A stretch of 63,752 nucleotides of DNA, filler included, from Octopus bimaculoides (GCF_001194135.2; 5 parts of 4 records of this genome joined end to end with filler, not necessarily neighbours in it), one strand, 5' to 3'. Numbered from the whole stretch's first letter, positions 25,845 through 40,854 are shown. Translations and numbers: made by a program. The notes: a model not told the origin generated them from the sequence alone.

Positions 25845-26225
25845 CTACCTGAAAAGTTAGCACGCTAGGTGAGATGCTCATCCGTATTTCGTCTGCTTTC
25901 ACGTTCTGATTTCAAATCCCGCCGATGTCGATTTTGCCTTTCATCCTTTCGGGTTCTATTACGTAAGTAATAGTTACGCACTGGGTCGATATAATCGACA
26001 TAATCAGTCTGTCTCTCCTTGTTTGGCCCCTCTGTGTGTAGGCCTTGTGGGCAGTAAAGAAATAAGAGACGTTAGCACGCCGGGCGAAATCCTTAGCAGT
26101 ATTTCGTCTGTCTTTACGTTCTCTCTGGGTCAATAAATTAGGTACCAGTTGGGTACTGGTGTCGATCTAATCGACTAGCACCCTCTCCCGAAATTTCGGA
26201 CCTTGTACCTAGTGAAGAAAAGAAT
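25845..26225 (+). mobile_element. Two OR-like SINEs joined tail to head
   Basis: The first copy ends in gtaaagaaataag and is followed directly by agacgttagcacgccgggcgaaat. Confidence 0.8.
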
Positions 26226-26403
26226 ATACGTATTACACAGATAATTATAATAATAACGGTTTCAAATTTTGCCACAGGGGCAGAATTTTGGGAGAGTAGA
26301 TGAATCGATTACATGGAGTTCAATGTTCAACTGGTACTTCTCTTATCGACTCCGAAAGGATGAAATCTTGGCAGAATATCAATTCAGAACGCAGTAGCGT
26401 GTT

Positions 26404-26456
<53 letters not shown>

Positions 26457-27780
26457 ATGTATATGTGTTTAGACTCGAAAGCTCTGAAACTGCGTTCAAA
26501 GAATATCAAATTTGATTTTCGAAATCTGCAACCCATTGAGAATATCTTCCTTAATAATAATAAAAGAATATAATTTACTATTCTAAATAATTCATTTCTA
26601 GGATCGACAATTCTTCCACTCTATCTGCTACCACTCTTTATCTCTGTTTTTCTTTCTATATGTATTAACTCACAGGCATTGCATCTATTTTATTTAAAAT
26701 TTCGTCTTGTAATGTTTACTTTAATTTTATAACAGTTATTACGCAGGAATCCAATTTACTGATTGGGTAAAAATGATTAAAATTTTAAACCTCTCTAACG
26801 TTTTTATAAAATCTATCTAGAATAAATGAATCATAAACACGGATGCAACTTTAAAAAAGAGCAACAATATACCAAATTTGAAAATATTCACTTAATTGTA
26901 AAGTATCTCTATATCTTCTTCGTCTGTCGCTTTTTTCTGGGTAAACTTATCCCACTCTATATACATTTGTACCACGCACTCTATCACGCACTACTAAGAG
27001 TGTATCTCCCATGCTGAGTTTGTGTATGTTTGTAATTGTGTCTATATGCATGTGTGTAAGGAATTTTATTAAGGCCAAAGAGTGATTTTAAAAAGTTGTG
27101 TAAACATCAATTTTTAGAAATTATGTAAACATTAATTTAAAAAAATTATGTACACTTTAATTTATTTTCATAGCGTACTTTGGTGTTTGAAAATACGTTT
27201 TTCGTAACACCCTTCCACCGAAAAATATGATTACAAACCTAAATGAGAAATAATTTCGTGCTTAAATCCCAGCAATGGAAACCAAATCATCATTCCATAA
27301 AATGTGTTTATAGTCAGAAAATATTGAAAAACATCAATACATGTCACAGTGAAAAAGAAGCAAGGCAATTACCAGGTGGTTGTGGGATGTACTAGAAACA
27401 AAGCTAAATCTTCTGTAATCAAATACTATTTCGTCTCAAAATTATTTTGTAATTATAAACAGAAAGAAACTGTAGACCGTACTGCAGTATCATAAATTTC
27501 AATTAATTTTTTAAATTTTACAATTACCAAAATGGCGTTTCCCATTGGCTTTAAGTACATAAGGCACAAAAAAAAAGGACAAAATCCGTCCTGGGAGACG
27601 GAGATTCATAAATTACAAAAACATCTTTTAATATAATGCTTTTCCCATTATTTGCAGGAGTGAGATGTGCTATTTTGAAAGACCGCCAAAGCACTCTATT
27701 GTGAAAATGCCCAGCGGCGACGGAATTAATACTCAGCCAGTACTATACATTTATACACACACACACACACACGTATATAT

Positions 27781-27920
<140 letters not shown>

Positions 27921-28201
27921 AAAATTAAAATTAAGATTGAAGATATTTGAAAGGATACACTGAATGTAATATGTAGACCTCTACACGTGCTCCCTTTCAG
28001 GTGGACGTCTTGTGTCTAGTTCTGCGAATTATATTTCAAATCGACAGACTACGCTGTTTTCATTTGCCTTGCCCTTTTACAGTCTGTTGTGTCGCTAAAT
28101 GTTTTACTGAGAACCTATTTGTTTCGTGGTTAGATGATTCGGCATCTATTTCTAGCATATAGGAGTCCACATTTGCTGGTCATTCCTCTTATTTTTGTAT
28201 G

Positions 28202-28233
<32 letters not shown>

Positions 28234-28936
28234 AATGTGTTTCTTTTTTCATAGTCTTTTCCAAGCATGTGAAAATTCTCTTAGCAAAACATAAACCTAT
28301 TTTGACACATCGAGATATTTTTCTTATTTCATACTTTGCAATGACAGTCATGTGTGTTTGTTACAATGATTTTACCCGTTTTTTAAAAATCTTTTGTTCA
28401 ATTCCTCAATTGACCTCTTTGAAAACTAATAAATCAGAAAACAAACAGAATAATAATCCACACATTCTACACCGCAGCCACCAAATACGGCATCACAAAT
28501 GCGTGTCAAAATTCTGAAAGCTTGATTGTAATCAGGAACGACAAGAGTGGAAATAATATCAATAACGTTTTATATCGTGAACAAGAACAATAGCAATATA
28601 TAAGAAAAGAATACCATTAAAAGCGACAACATTTATACAGGAAAGAAGAACGGAAACAGTGGAATAAATTTATAGTTTATAAATGCTGTTTTTCTTATTC
28701 ATTTCGGAACAATTGTCATAGAGTACAAAATAAAATTACTTTTCTGTACGTAAATGGGTATATACTTAACTAATCACAAAAACATACCTGCATATATATC
28801 TGTGTGTGAAGGGAGAGAGTTTGTGCGTGTATGTATATATCAGCTGATAGACAGACAAGCAAGTATATATATTCATATATTTCTATATCTATCTATCTGT
28901 CTATCTATCTACCTACCTATCTATCAATATATATAT

Positions 28937-29294
28937 TCTTTTACTTGTTCTAGTCATTTGAATGCGGCTATGCTGGAGCACTGACTTTAGGCGAACAGAT
29001 CGACACAAGTTACACGGACAAAGTTACGGGGACATAAACACAGCAACATCGGTTGTCAAGCGATTGTGCGATTGTGGTGGGACAACCAGACACAAATATA
29101 TGTATGTATACACACACACACACACAGACACACAGGTTGTTTCAGTTTCCGTCTACGAAATCCACTAACAAGGCTTTGGCTGGCCCGAGGCTATACTAGA
29201 AGACACGTGCTTGCTGAAGGTGCCACGGGGTGAGACTGAACCCAGAGCCATGTGGTTGAGAAGCAAGCTCCATACCTCATAGCCACGCTTGCGC
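28937..29294 (-). mobile_element. Full-length OK-like SINE
   Basis: Tail, (CA)n centre and head are present, with many CpGs retained. Confidence 0.85.
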
Positions 29295-29297
29295 ATT

Positions 29298-29342
<45 letters not shown>

Positions 29343-31501
29343 NNNNNNNNNNNNNNNNNNNNNNNNNNNNNNNNNNNNNNNNNNNNNNNNNNNNNNNNNN
29401 NNNNNNNNNNNNNNNNNNNNNNNNNNNNNNNNNNNNNNNNNNNNNNNNNNNNNNNNNNNNNNNNNNNNNNNNNNNNNNNNNNNNNNNNNNNNNNNNNNNN
29501 NNNNNNNNNNNNNNNNNNNNNNNNNNNNNNNNNNNNNNNNNNNNNNNNNNNNNNNNNNNNNNNNNNNNNNNNNNNNNNNNNNNNTATATATATATATATA
29601 TATGAGTTAGACGTTAAGCAACCATGTAAGGGATAGTAAATATCCAATATACTACTGTATGTATACCTACGTATTTATCTCCAAGTGCTTAGTATTGCAG
29701 GGCAGTAGCGCAATTGAACACTAGGTATGAGTGGGGGTAAAATAGAAATTTGCCCAGAATTTATAAATCAAATAACAAAATGGAGAGGATAATCAATCGA
29801 CAAACATCAGCCTGTAAACATTCATTTGGATCTATTTATTAATTGATTACAATCGTATGTATACGTAATCAAAATAAACAAATCAAAGAAGGAAATAAAC
29901 AATTAAATAAGTTGGTAAGTAAAAATAAATAAATGAATAAGAATAAATGGGTGAAAATACTAAACTCTTACAGTTGTTTTTCTACAATGAGGTTGCTCAA
30001 TCTGCCCAGTTTTCCACAACATACCAGTAATATACATAGATTGTACAAAGGCTGAACAAACGTTAGACAGATGTTGGACAATGATTGATCCCCAAACGTT
30101 CCTCAGCGAAACAATAATGTTAGGAATCTATCATGTGAGGAAGTAAGGCAAAATAATATAATAACATAATAAAAATTGTAAGGAATGGTAAAAACGACAA
30201 TTCCAAGGTGATATCCATAAGCTATGGAATTACATCTTATGGTAAAGAAAGTCACTCCCAGGGTAATTTCCACAGGTTATGAGAGTTACATCCTATTTCA
30301 ATTTTACTAGGGGAAGTAGCGAGGGTAAGACGCTGTGGAGTGAGTTTAATGGGACGGTCCATATCACAGGGGTCAAAATTTAGAGGTTAACTGCTATGTA
30401 ATAGAGCATAATAAAAAGAATTGACGAAGTTAACTTAATGTGAGCTTGATTGGGAAATCAATACATAACCATATCAATGAAAGAATATTTTGTGTAAAAC
30501 CTTAGTGCGATGCCATTACTTATTAGTTATTACCAAAATCACATCCTAAAACCCCTATGAAGACTAGGGTGAGGTCAAAGCTAATCCTACAACTTAATTG
30601 GTTCGCTATTGTTTGAAAACAATGGCGTTCTCCGTTAAATCTATCAATAAAATACAAGACAAATGAAAACAAAAAAATTAAAATATTTAAGGAATATATT
30701 TTCTAAGGAGCCTTACTTAATGAATGGGCGATAAATGATACTTATGGTAATGGCTATAGTACTTTATATGTATATATATCTGATAATACATATACACATA
30801 TTAAATTATGTGAACGGGAGAAATAAAGGATGAAGCAATGACTGGACAAGTAAACACTACTGGACACTAGCGGAGGGAGGTAACATACTAGTACATTAAC
30901 GTATTAAAATGCGGAGAGAAATTATGCACTAAGGTAAGATTTAGGAAATGTTATTCCGTTATGGATAGATCTAAATTATAATTTCCAATTTACAAGTAAT
31001 TGCCCGAAATAGAAAAGGAAAGGTGAAAAAGAATGAATGAAAATATTTTCAGACTTATAGACTACAATTGAAGGAGGGTAACTGTGAATTGCGTTCAAAT
31101 GTTGTGATACACATAGATATTTAGACACTTCAAATAAGGTTAAAGTTATATTTACTTATAGAGAGAAACCGAAAGTATTCATGTTAGGACAGAGGTAGAG
31201 CTTAGAGAAGATAATGAACCTTATGTGGTATTATAATTGTACAGGTTGTGAAGTTATAAACTTGTAATCTTATAGAATTAATTACAATTATAATGAGAGT
31301 TATTCTGGATATAAAGTGGAGGTGAAGGGATTGAAATATAGGGTATATTGTCATAAGATGTATTTGAATACATCTACATATGCAAATACTAATAGGTATA
31401 TGAATCAAAACGCCCATCCTTTTCTATTATATGTGTATGACAACATTCTCTATATACCTTATGCATTATTTTCTTTATAAATAAATATACATCTAGCTCC
31501 C

Positions 31502-31538
<37 letters not shown>

Positions 31539-32512
31539 TTCCAGTTGTTACATGGGATGTTACTTCATTTATTTTTAAGCATTTATTGTTAAGCACATAT
31601 TTTTAAGAATTTATTTGGGTGTCATTTCGGTTTACATAATTGTGCTATGCCTGTTTAATACATTTAATCATATGAAAATTTAGTCCTGTAGATCATTAGA
31701 GACTATACAAAGACACGAGAGATATTTCTTTTAATTGCTTGTTGATCATACATTGCAATGTTGGTAAACCTATTGTATCATGAATCTCAAAGATACAAAC
31801 GTTTTGCATATATATTTACGTTCTGCCTGAGTGTGGAGCGATATATCTTGTCATCCAAAGCCTACTTCACCTGGTTTTAACTAATAATGTTCATTTAATC
31901 CATCACTTTGTTCAGCTGCCTTGGTTTCAGATTAATTTATTGCAAGAAATCTTGCACCGATCTAACTAAAAAACACACGGCAGCGAATTCTATTGCGAGG
32001 GAAGCCGAATGCTATCCCTTGCTAACTGCATCTTCGACCAAATTCTGATAATTGGAGACCTTTTAACTAGTCAGAATTGTCTTGTCTTCCCAGAGAAATT
32101 CAAGTTCAATGAAATTGATTCATATCGCACTCCTGGAGCATAGAAACATTACTGGTGTGTGCATATTTGTATGGGTGCTTAGGTATACTGCATACTAATT
32201 GATTTGTATGTCATCGACAACTTCCAGTTGGAGTATCTGCTGCAGGAAACAAAAGAGATTGTAACACTGTCTTTCCTGGTGTACTGTCTTTGCATTTTGG
32301 TCTTCAAATAAAGGATTATTCGACAGCTCCAGCCACGGTATCCATCTGCTGAACATAAGTAATACTCGTTATTTTTTAACTTCATTCTCTCTTCTGTTCT
32401 TTCGACTCAACTTTCGTTATTTTCTTCGTTAGCGTCTCATATCAGCACCGTAGCTTCTGGTGAGAATAACTGAGGGAGGAATTCCAATAAATATTGAAGC
32501 AATTCAGCCCGA

Positions 32513-32514
<2 letters not shown>

Positions 32515-32544
<30 letters not shown>

Positions 32545-33006
32545 AGAGTAAATAGAAGAATAGAAATAGTAGAAGAAAAAAGATGGAGATGAAGAATGAA
32601 ATAAGAAAAGGAAGAAAATGAAGAAGAGGAGGCGGAGGAAGAAGAAGAAGAAGAAGAAGAAGAAGAAGAAGAAGAAGAAGAAGAAGAAGAAGAAGAAGAA
32701 GAAGAAGAAGAAGAAGACTGAGCGTGGTAAAATCGAAGGGCCAACAGCTGAAGAGAAAAGCACTATAACATTAACAACAACAACAACTACATTAATAGGA
32801 ATAATGAATAATAAGTTTTTTTTTTGTGAGTGTAGTTTAGTGAAGATTATAGAACTGTTTTATTCAGTCAACTTTTGAGGTGATTGTATACTTTCGATCA
32901 AAGATGTTCAAATTCTCTGATTCATGTGACAGTCAGGGAATAAAACACCTCGCGATAATTATCTGACATTGATCTTAAAGAAAAAAAATAAATCTAAAGA
33001 CTGGTA

Positions 33007-33052
<46 letters not shown>

Positions 33053-33163
33053 GTTATCATTATTTTTACTATTATTACTATTAGCATTATCATGATAGTC
33101 ATCANNNNNNNNNNTCATCATCACCACCACCATCATCACCACCACCACCATCACCACCACCGC

Positions 33164-33195
<32 letters not shown>

Positions 33196-33210
33196 CCACC
33201 ATCATCATCA
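32515..33210. repeat. (GAAA)n, (GAA)n, (ATT)n and (CAT/CAC)n microsatellite block
   Basis: Seen directly. Confidence 0.9.
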
Positions 33211-34308
33211 TTTGAGTTTGAAATAAGTTTTATATTCCACATTACCATTGATAATTTCTATTCACCCCAGAATATATTAGAATATATTCTTCGGTGCAAA
33301 GACGTAGTTCTTAGAAATTCTGCTTTTATGTTACTTCAATGTTTTGATTTATCTGTTTTCCATGCCCTTGTATAATGTTTGGAAAATATAATTCCCATTC
33401 AGAATGTTTAGCAGTTGCCAGATTAGAAACACACACACAAACACGCGTTCAAACACAGATACACTCACATACACACAGTCACATTTAAGACCAGCGCTTT
33501 CGTGATTCGAACCAAGGTTTCGTGCATACTGTTTACTGCACGCATTTCAGCGGGATTTATTCTACAGTTTACCGAACGAATGGAACCGTGACTCAGTTTT
33601 ATAATAACTATACACCTGCTTCTTTGCTATTCGCCCATGTTCACACAACTTGGCGGTGGATCTGGCGTAAAATGATGTCTTGATTTGCGTATAGTACGGA
33701 TTAATGTGAGGGAGGGTTGCACAACGTTATCTGATTCGCACTCTCGTCCCTCCCTTTCTGATTCCAGTGGCAGGACGAAATCAAGAGGAATAGATATTGG
33801 TCGTGATGTTTAGTATGGTTGCAGTCTCCTTCATGTCTCACTGAGTTCGCCTTCCAGATCGTTGAACGTATCCACCAGATCTAATCTTCGAATGCATACA
33901 TAGACAAGTCCAAACTCACCAAGTGTTGGAGACGCGTCGGCTACTTCTACCATAATTCAGCCGGCTTGCAGAAGCCCTTGACAGGCTTGTAACCTTGACA
34001 GGCTTTACGAAAACACTTTATAAGGACACTTTCGCTCTCCGCAAAAAAAATCCAAATTTTATTTAATTTGTTTTTGCGGGAAGGACTGTTTCCAATGAAG
34101 TCGCGTATTGTCCTTGCCTTCCAAACGCGGAGTAGATGGAATAGGGACAACTGACGCAGGGTTATATATACTCCTTATGTTGCATGTCTCGTTTCTCAGC
34201 TTGTTTTTTTCGTTGTTCGAAAAAAAGTTCGTTTTCTGCTTTCGTCTTTATGTTTTCGTGTCTCATTAGGTTTAACGTTTTTTTATGCCCTGTACCCATA
34301 TATGCATG

Positions 34309-34348
<40 letters not shown>

Positions 34349-34718
34349 TGTAGGTATGTGCATATATGTATGGATATATGCATATGTTTATAATATATAT
34401 ATATATATNNNNNNNNNNNNNNNNNNNNNNNNNNNNNNNNNNNNNNNNNNNNNNNNNNNNNNNNNNNNNNNNNNNNNNNNNNNNNNNNNNNNNNNNNNNN
34501 NNNNNNNNNNNNNNNNNNNNNNNNNNNNNNNNNNNNNNNNNNNNNNNNNNNNNNNNNNNNNNNNNNNNNNNNNNNNNNNNNNNNNNNNNNNNNNNNNNNN
34601 NNNNNNNNNNNNNNNNNNNNNNNNNNNNNNNNNNNNNNNNNNNNNNNNNNNNNNNNNNNNNNNNNNNNNNNNNNNNNNNNTATATATATGTATGTACGTT
34701 TACAATTATATTTTTACC

Positions 34719-34766
<48 letters not shown>

Positions 34767-37700
34767 GAAACAGGTGCATACACACATGCACACACAGAGA
34801 CACACACTCTCACAAACATGTTTATGTATATAAATTCTATTTCCAATATCTGACTTATAGTCTGTAAAAATACACCAGAGCCTCACAGTTGTTACTAATA
34901 TAACCACCGAAATAACTTTGTTGTCTCCCAGTTGTCAGTTCAACTAAACCAGTTCTTTGATGTAAGGTATAAATAGAATGCACTATCTTCATAAATGATT
35001 GTCGAAAATCTATTTTGACTGACATGATTTTTCACTCTAAAAAGTTAATAATATTATGTCATAACTGATCTGTAATTTAAGATAAACATATTTAGACGGT
35101 CGTAAATGTGCCCTAAATTTACGTTAATTATATTTGAAAGAACAAATGATAGAACTCATTAGGTCATAATTCATTTTATTCGTCTATAATGTTTTTATCT
35201 CTGTAAAATGCCTGCTTGGAATTTCGTTCATTAAAATTTTTTTTGTTAAAATAAACATATTTATTGACCAACATCTATACTGTTCAATATTGATTTCAGA
35301 TAAGAGACAATATTTTGCTTTGTTTTCTACAGAGAATAGAATATATATGCTCCATTCCTTTTATAACCATAAGCCATACTGAGATTAAAAAAAAAAAAAG
35401 ATACAGAGTCCATAAAATATTAACGTTTTATTGGGTAATAGGAAATTGCAAGATGATATTTTCGGTGCTGTTTCTTCCCAGGTTTGCCTTGGTTCAAGAA
35501 ACTCCTGTCCATTGGAGTCACATTTGTAATGAATCAGCTTTGGTCAAGTTGTAGTAATTATGCGACTATTATCTAATTCATGGTTCGTTGTCATTTGATA
35601 CTCTTTGAAATAGATATACCCACATGATTTCTTTGGGCTGTTAAAATATATGTTTTATCTTTATAAGATGTTGTTGCTTATCAATAGGCAATTTCCGACC
35701 CAGCAAAACCACGGCTACAACAAAAGACTTGGGGTATAAATGGAGATTTTGCTGGTACATCTAGCAGGTCAATAATCCCTTTTATACTCAATTACAGTAA
35801 ACTATATAACTGTGATATATATATATATATANNNNNNNNNNNNNNNNNNNNNNNNNNNNNNNNNNNNNNNNNNNNNNNNNNNNNNNNNNNNNNNNNNNNN
35901 NNNNNNNNNNNNNNNNNNNNNNNNNNNNNNNNNNNNNNNNNNNNNNNNNNNNNNNNNNNNNNNNNNNNNNNNNNNNNNNNNNNNNNNNNNNNNNNNNNNN
36001 NNNNNNNNNNNNNNNNNNNNNNNNNNNNNNNNNNNNNNNNNNNNNNNNNNNNNNNATATATATATATATATATAACGAGGGTTTTGTATGTGAGATCCTT
36101 ATTCAGTCCGTTGTCTAGTGTTGTAGTGATGGTGGTGGTAGTGGGATGGAAATCGGTTATAACTTGTTATTTATGAATATAGTCCCTAAAATGATGGAAA
36201 TATTTGTTTCTTCACTTCAGGATTACGTTTTCCAAGATAAAATTAAGGAATACCGAGTAATATACAACCACTAGTTCGGTACCTCACCAGCACATTTCAA
36301 TAATAATCTTGTTCGATTCACTTGCATCGATCACAAGCTATTTGAACCTATAAAATCTGGGGTCACATGCTCTCAAATGTGTATTCTTTTCGTTGTATTT
36401 TTATCGATTTGTACGACATTAAGAACGGATCAATTTACGTACTTTTTGGTGGGGATGCACAATTGTTGTCTCTTACTTGTCGAGGCTAGTTACATACACT
36501 TTTCAGTCGAATGAATTGATCCTAATTCATGTTTACTCTATTGGGTTATCGAATCTGGAATACTGAAGGCCAAAGTTACCCTCAGCAAATACTGAAAGCA
36601 ACACGTAAAGTACCAGAACTATTACTGGAAAATATATATTCTACGAGGCTCTAACAGTTCTGTCATATCGTTCATTGCATCATTACCTAGTTTTAATATA
36701 TATTTTCTACGCTTGTTAACAGTATAAAGATGGCATCTGCATTCGAAACAGAGAATGTGGTTTTGCAGCCAAGCTAAATCAAACAGACATTACTTCATCA
36801 AGAGAAAAAAGCTATTAAAATATCGATAGTTTATTGATGATGTAAATGGAAATATCAGGGTGAAGTGAATATCAATGAGATCAGTGCGAAATGAATGAAG
36901 TAATGTGCTTAGCATTGATTTCATCATTGTACATCATGTTGAATAAGCTTAAATCAGTGTGTGTGTGTATATATGTATATATANNNNNNNNNNNNNNNNN
37001 NNNNNNNNNNNNNNNNNNNNNNNNNNNNNNNNNNNNNNNNNNNNNNNNNNNNNNNNNNNNNNNNNNNNNNNNNNNNNNNNNNNNNNNNNNNNNNNNNNNN
37101 NNNNNNNNNNNNNNNNNNNNNNNNNNNNNNNNNNNNNNNNNNNNNNNNNNNNNNNNNNNNNNNNNNNNNNNNNNNNNNNNNNNNNNNNNNNNNNNNNNNN
37201 NNNNNNNNNNNNNNNNNNNNNNNNNNNNNNNNNNNNNNNNNNNNNNNNNNNNNNNNNNNNNNNNNNNNNNNNNNNNNNNNNNNNNNNNNNNNNNNNNNNN
37301 NNNNNNNNNNNNNNNNNNNNNNNNNNNNNNNNNNNNNNNNNNNNNNNNNNNNNNNNNNNNNNNNNNNNNNNNNNNNNNNNNNNNNNNNNNNNNNNNNNNN
37401 NNNNNNNNNNNNNNNNNNNNNNNNNNNNNNNNNNNNNNNNNNNNNNNNNNNNNNNNNNNNNNNNNNNNNNNNNNNNNNNNNNNNNNNNNNNNNNNNNNNN
37501 NNNNNNTATACATATATGTACATATATATATATATATATATATATTAATATATTATGTTACTTCCTCTTCTACTATTCTATGCTGTTACTCTGTCAATCT
37601 GTCTCCCTCACTCCTCCTCCCTTGCCCACGTAGCTCCCACGTAACCATCGGCCATCTGTCTTTCTTCTCTTAACTTGTATTCCTTTTTTCCTCCCCGTTG

Positions 37701-38821
37701 TAGCTGGAACAAGGAAGACGTGTTCTTGTCTTTTTCCTGTAGATGCTTGATTTACGCCTTCATTACCACAACCCAGTTTAGGCATAGCAGCCCTTCCTGT
37801 TTCTTTTCACTGTCCTGTTTGTGTTACCAAATTTGACCCTCTGCAAAATCCCAAATTTTTGTTTAGTTTGTTTTGCGGGAGCAACTGTTTTGTCGAAGGC
37901 GTATATTGTTGTTCAATGCTCCAAATACGAGCCAAGGACTGATAAAGGGTCGTTCTTTATTTTGTGTGTCTTTCACTGTTCGGAAGAATAGTTCATATTC
38001 CATGTACTCGTGCTTTGTATTTTTTCTTCTACACGTTTTAGGACGTCCGTGCCCCTATATACATATATGTATACGTATAGTTGTATGTATGTATGTAAGT
38101 ATATATGCATATATATATTATTTATATTATTATATGATTGATCGCCACGCATCCTCTTCCGAGAAAGTTTTATTTTAATTCTGATGTGCACTCAACTATC
38201 AGTTTACTTTTTCGTTTTTCTCTCTTTCTCTCTCTATGTATGCATATATACATACATATATGTACATACATCTATACGTATGTATATATATGTATGTATA
38301 TATAGGTATATATATATGTATATATATGTATATATATATATGTATGTATGTATGCATGTATATATGTGTGTGTGGGTGGGTGGTGGTGTATAATGTGTAT
38401 GTCTGTATATGTGTGTGAGTAGTATGCGTGCGCATGCAAGTCTGTCTAGTATCTTACATTGTTGCTGAAGTAAATTGCAGATTCATACATATGAATACGC
38501 ATACCCAATCGCACAAACGTACCTATATATACATAAAGTGGGGGAAAGACAGCCAGAGGGATTGGTTGATTAGATAGAAATACATAAGAAGGTAGTTAGG
38601 TACACAAGCAGACACATATGTTAGTGAATACCAAAAGTGCCTCAGTTTATCATCACGAATCTTTATATATATATATATATNNNNNNNNNNNNNNNNNNNN
38701 NNNNNNNNNNNNNNNNNNNNNNNNTTAATTAATTAANNNNNNNNNNNNNNNNNNNNNNNNNNNNNNNNNNNNNNNNNNNNGCGAAGACGAAGATAAAATA
38801 AACTAGTAAAAGTACTGGATA

Positions 38822-38881
38822 ATTCCAGATCCCGGATTTCTGGCTTTGCAATAATAAATGCTTTGCCTTCATCAGTGAAAT
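38822..38881 (-). ncRNA. Minimal type I hammerhead ribozyme
   Basis: Mirror copy of 39062-39120 with one extra T in helix II. Confidence 0.8.
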
Positions 38882-39061
38882 ATACTCAGAAAAGCACATA
38901 AATACAAATATATATATATAAACATACAATATACTTACATATACGAATGTGGGCAATTTAAACTGGTTGTGTGCATACGTGCATATATATGTATGTATAC
39001 GTTCGTATATGTAAGTATATTGTATGTTTATATATTTGTATTTATGTGCTTTTCTGAGTAT

Positions 39062-39120
39062 ATTTCACTGATGAAGGCAAAGCATTTATTATGCAAAGCC
39101 AGAAATCCGGGATCTGGAAT
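39062..39120 (+). ncRNA. Minimal type I hammerhead ribozyme
   Basis: Reads atttca CTGATGA a ggc aaa gcat ttatt atgc aaa gcc a GAAA tcc g gga TC tggaat. Helix I is 6 bp and the cleavage triplet is AUC. Confidence 0.82.
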
Positions 39121-39244
39121 TATCCAGTACTTTTACTAGTTTATTTTATCTTTGTCTTCGCTCTTTGTGCTATATGAACATTTATTGTGGTTTCGAGTCA
39201 AGATTTGACTGCTATTTTCAGCGTGGCGGTATCTCTTAGATACC

Positions 39245-39324
<80 letters not shown>

Positions 39325-39768
39325 ATCCCTATACATATCGTCCGTCAGAGTGTTATTGTTCTTTTTTAATTGTAATTGATGTATGATTGAACAGTTAATA
39401 CCCACGCTCATAATACATAGACATTTGAATTAATTTTTCCAATCCAGCCGTCCTTTCACACGGAATTTCGTCGATCTTTAAACCAAGACCCTGAAGGGAA
39501 CTGCTATTTTGTATGGCTATCATAAAATGTATACAATTCGAAACAATTTGTTGGTCTTTTAGAGGTTTTTAATAATTGCTTATGTTATCTAATACTATGT
39601 TATATTATATTCATAGTATATCATTATTGGATTGTCAGTAGTATCTCTATTTAATTTATCTTTGTAATTGCATCGTACCAATATTTATATGGTATTCAAC
39701 TAACGTACCAGTGAACCGGATGTTTAACACATCCCTTTGAAGGATCTCTTTTCCTCAGTTTGTTACTT

Positions 39769-39828
<60 letters not shown>

Positions 39829-39836
39829 CATACACG

Positions 39837-39869
<33 letters not shown>

Positions 39870-40808
39870 AAATATACACATACACACAAACATATATATA
39901 TCTATATATATATATACACACATGAGAGAGATGTGCGCTGGTACGTGTATATGTATGTGTGTTTATATTTGTCCCCTACCATCGCCTGACAACTTGTGTT
40001 GGTTTGTTTCCTTCGACTAAATATTTCAAGGCGAAGCTACAGCATGGCCGCGATTCAGTGACTGAAACAAGTAAAAGGGAAACACACTCGCATGCATAAA
40101 CATACAAACACATGTATGTATATTCGAGTTTCATTTTTTTCTCTACGCCATAAAAAAAAAATTTAGATTAGAAGAATTGTATGTAAAATTTTAGAGTTCT
40201 CTATATTTTCTGCAATTTATCTGATGCTACCTAATCAACAAATTTAATTAGAAATGAAATTAACTGTAGATTAACTGCATCGAATTGTTTATTGTTTTCA
40301 TTTTATGGTGTAATTTTTGTGTGCACATGATTGTGTATCGCGTTTGTCTTCTATATTCTCAAAAAACGATAATTGCCAACAGCGCAGTACTTAGCGTTAA
40401 AAATTAGTTTAAGATATGCTAATACGCGTTATCTACGTTCTTTATTTTATTATTATACTTTGAAAACATTTCTACGAAAAATATACAAAATGGATGAATG
40501 GGAGTAAGCTAAGAATTAATGTTCGTTCTATCTATTAAGATTCTTCACTAGATAACTAAATGAAGTGAGCGTTGCAAAACTAGAAGTAAACTCTGTCTTA
40601 ACGCTAGAGTGTAAAGGTAGACTGCCTGCCAACTCAAACTACCCAAACGCATGATAAAATGAGTTAAGAATTGGGTCTCAAGTATTATCACATTGTTTCT
40701 TTCAACGAAATAACTTTCAAAAAGAAATTTTGAATTCTATATCTTCATGCCTTTACAATGATTAACCCATGCACATAGCTGTGTGTGTGTGAGTAGTTGT
40801 GTGTGTGT

Positions 40809-40854
<46 letters not shown>

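Larger units (their letters stand above)
38781..39161. mobile_element. Inverted-repeat element (arms 38781-38947 and 39002-39161, 54-bp spacer), Penelope-like
   Basis: The arms are near-perfect reverse complements, and each carries a hammerhead. Confidence 0.8.

Noticed and set aside
27995-28012. tcaggtggacgt match to the Deu/Nin SINE domain
   Set aside because: Only 12 nt long, and the flanks do not continue the match.
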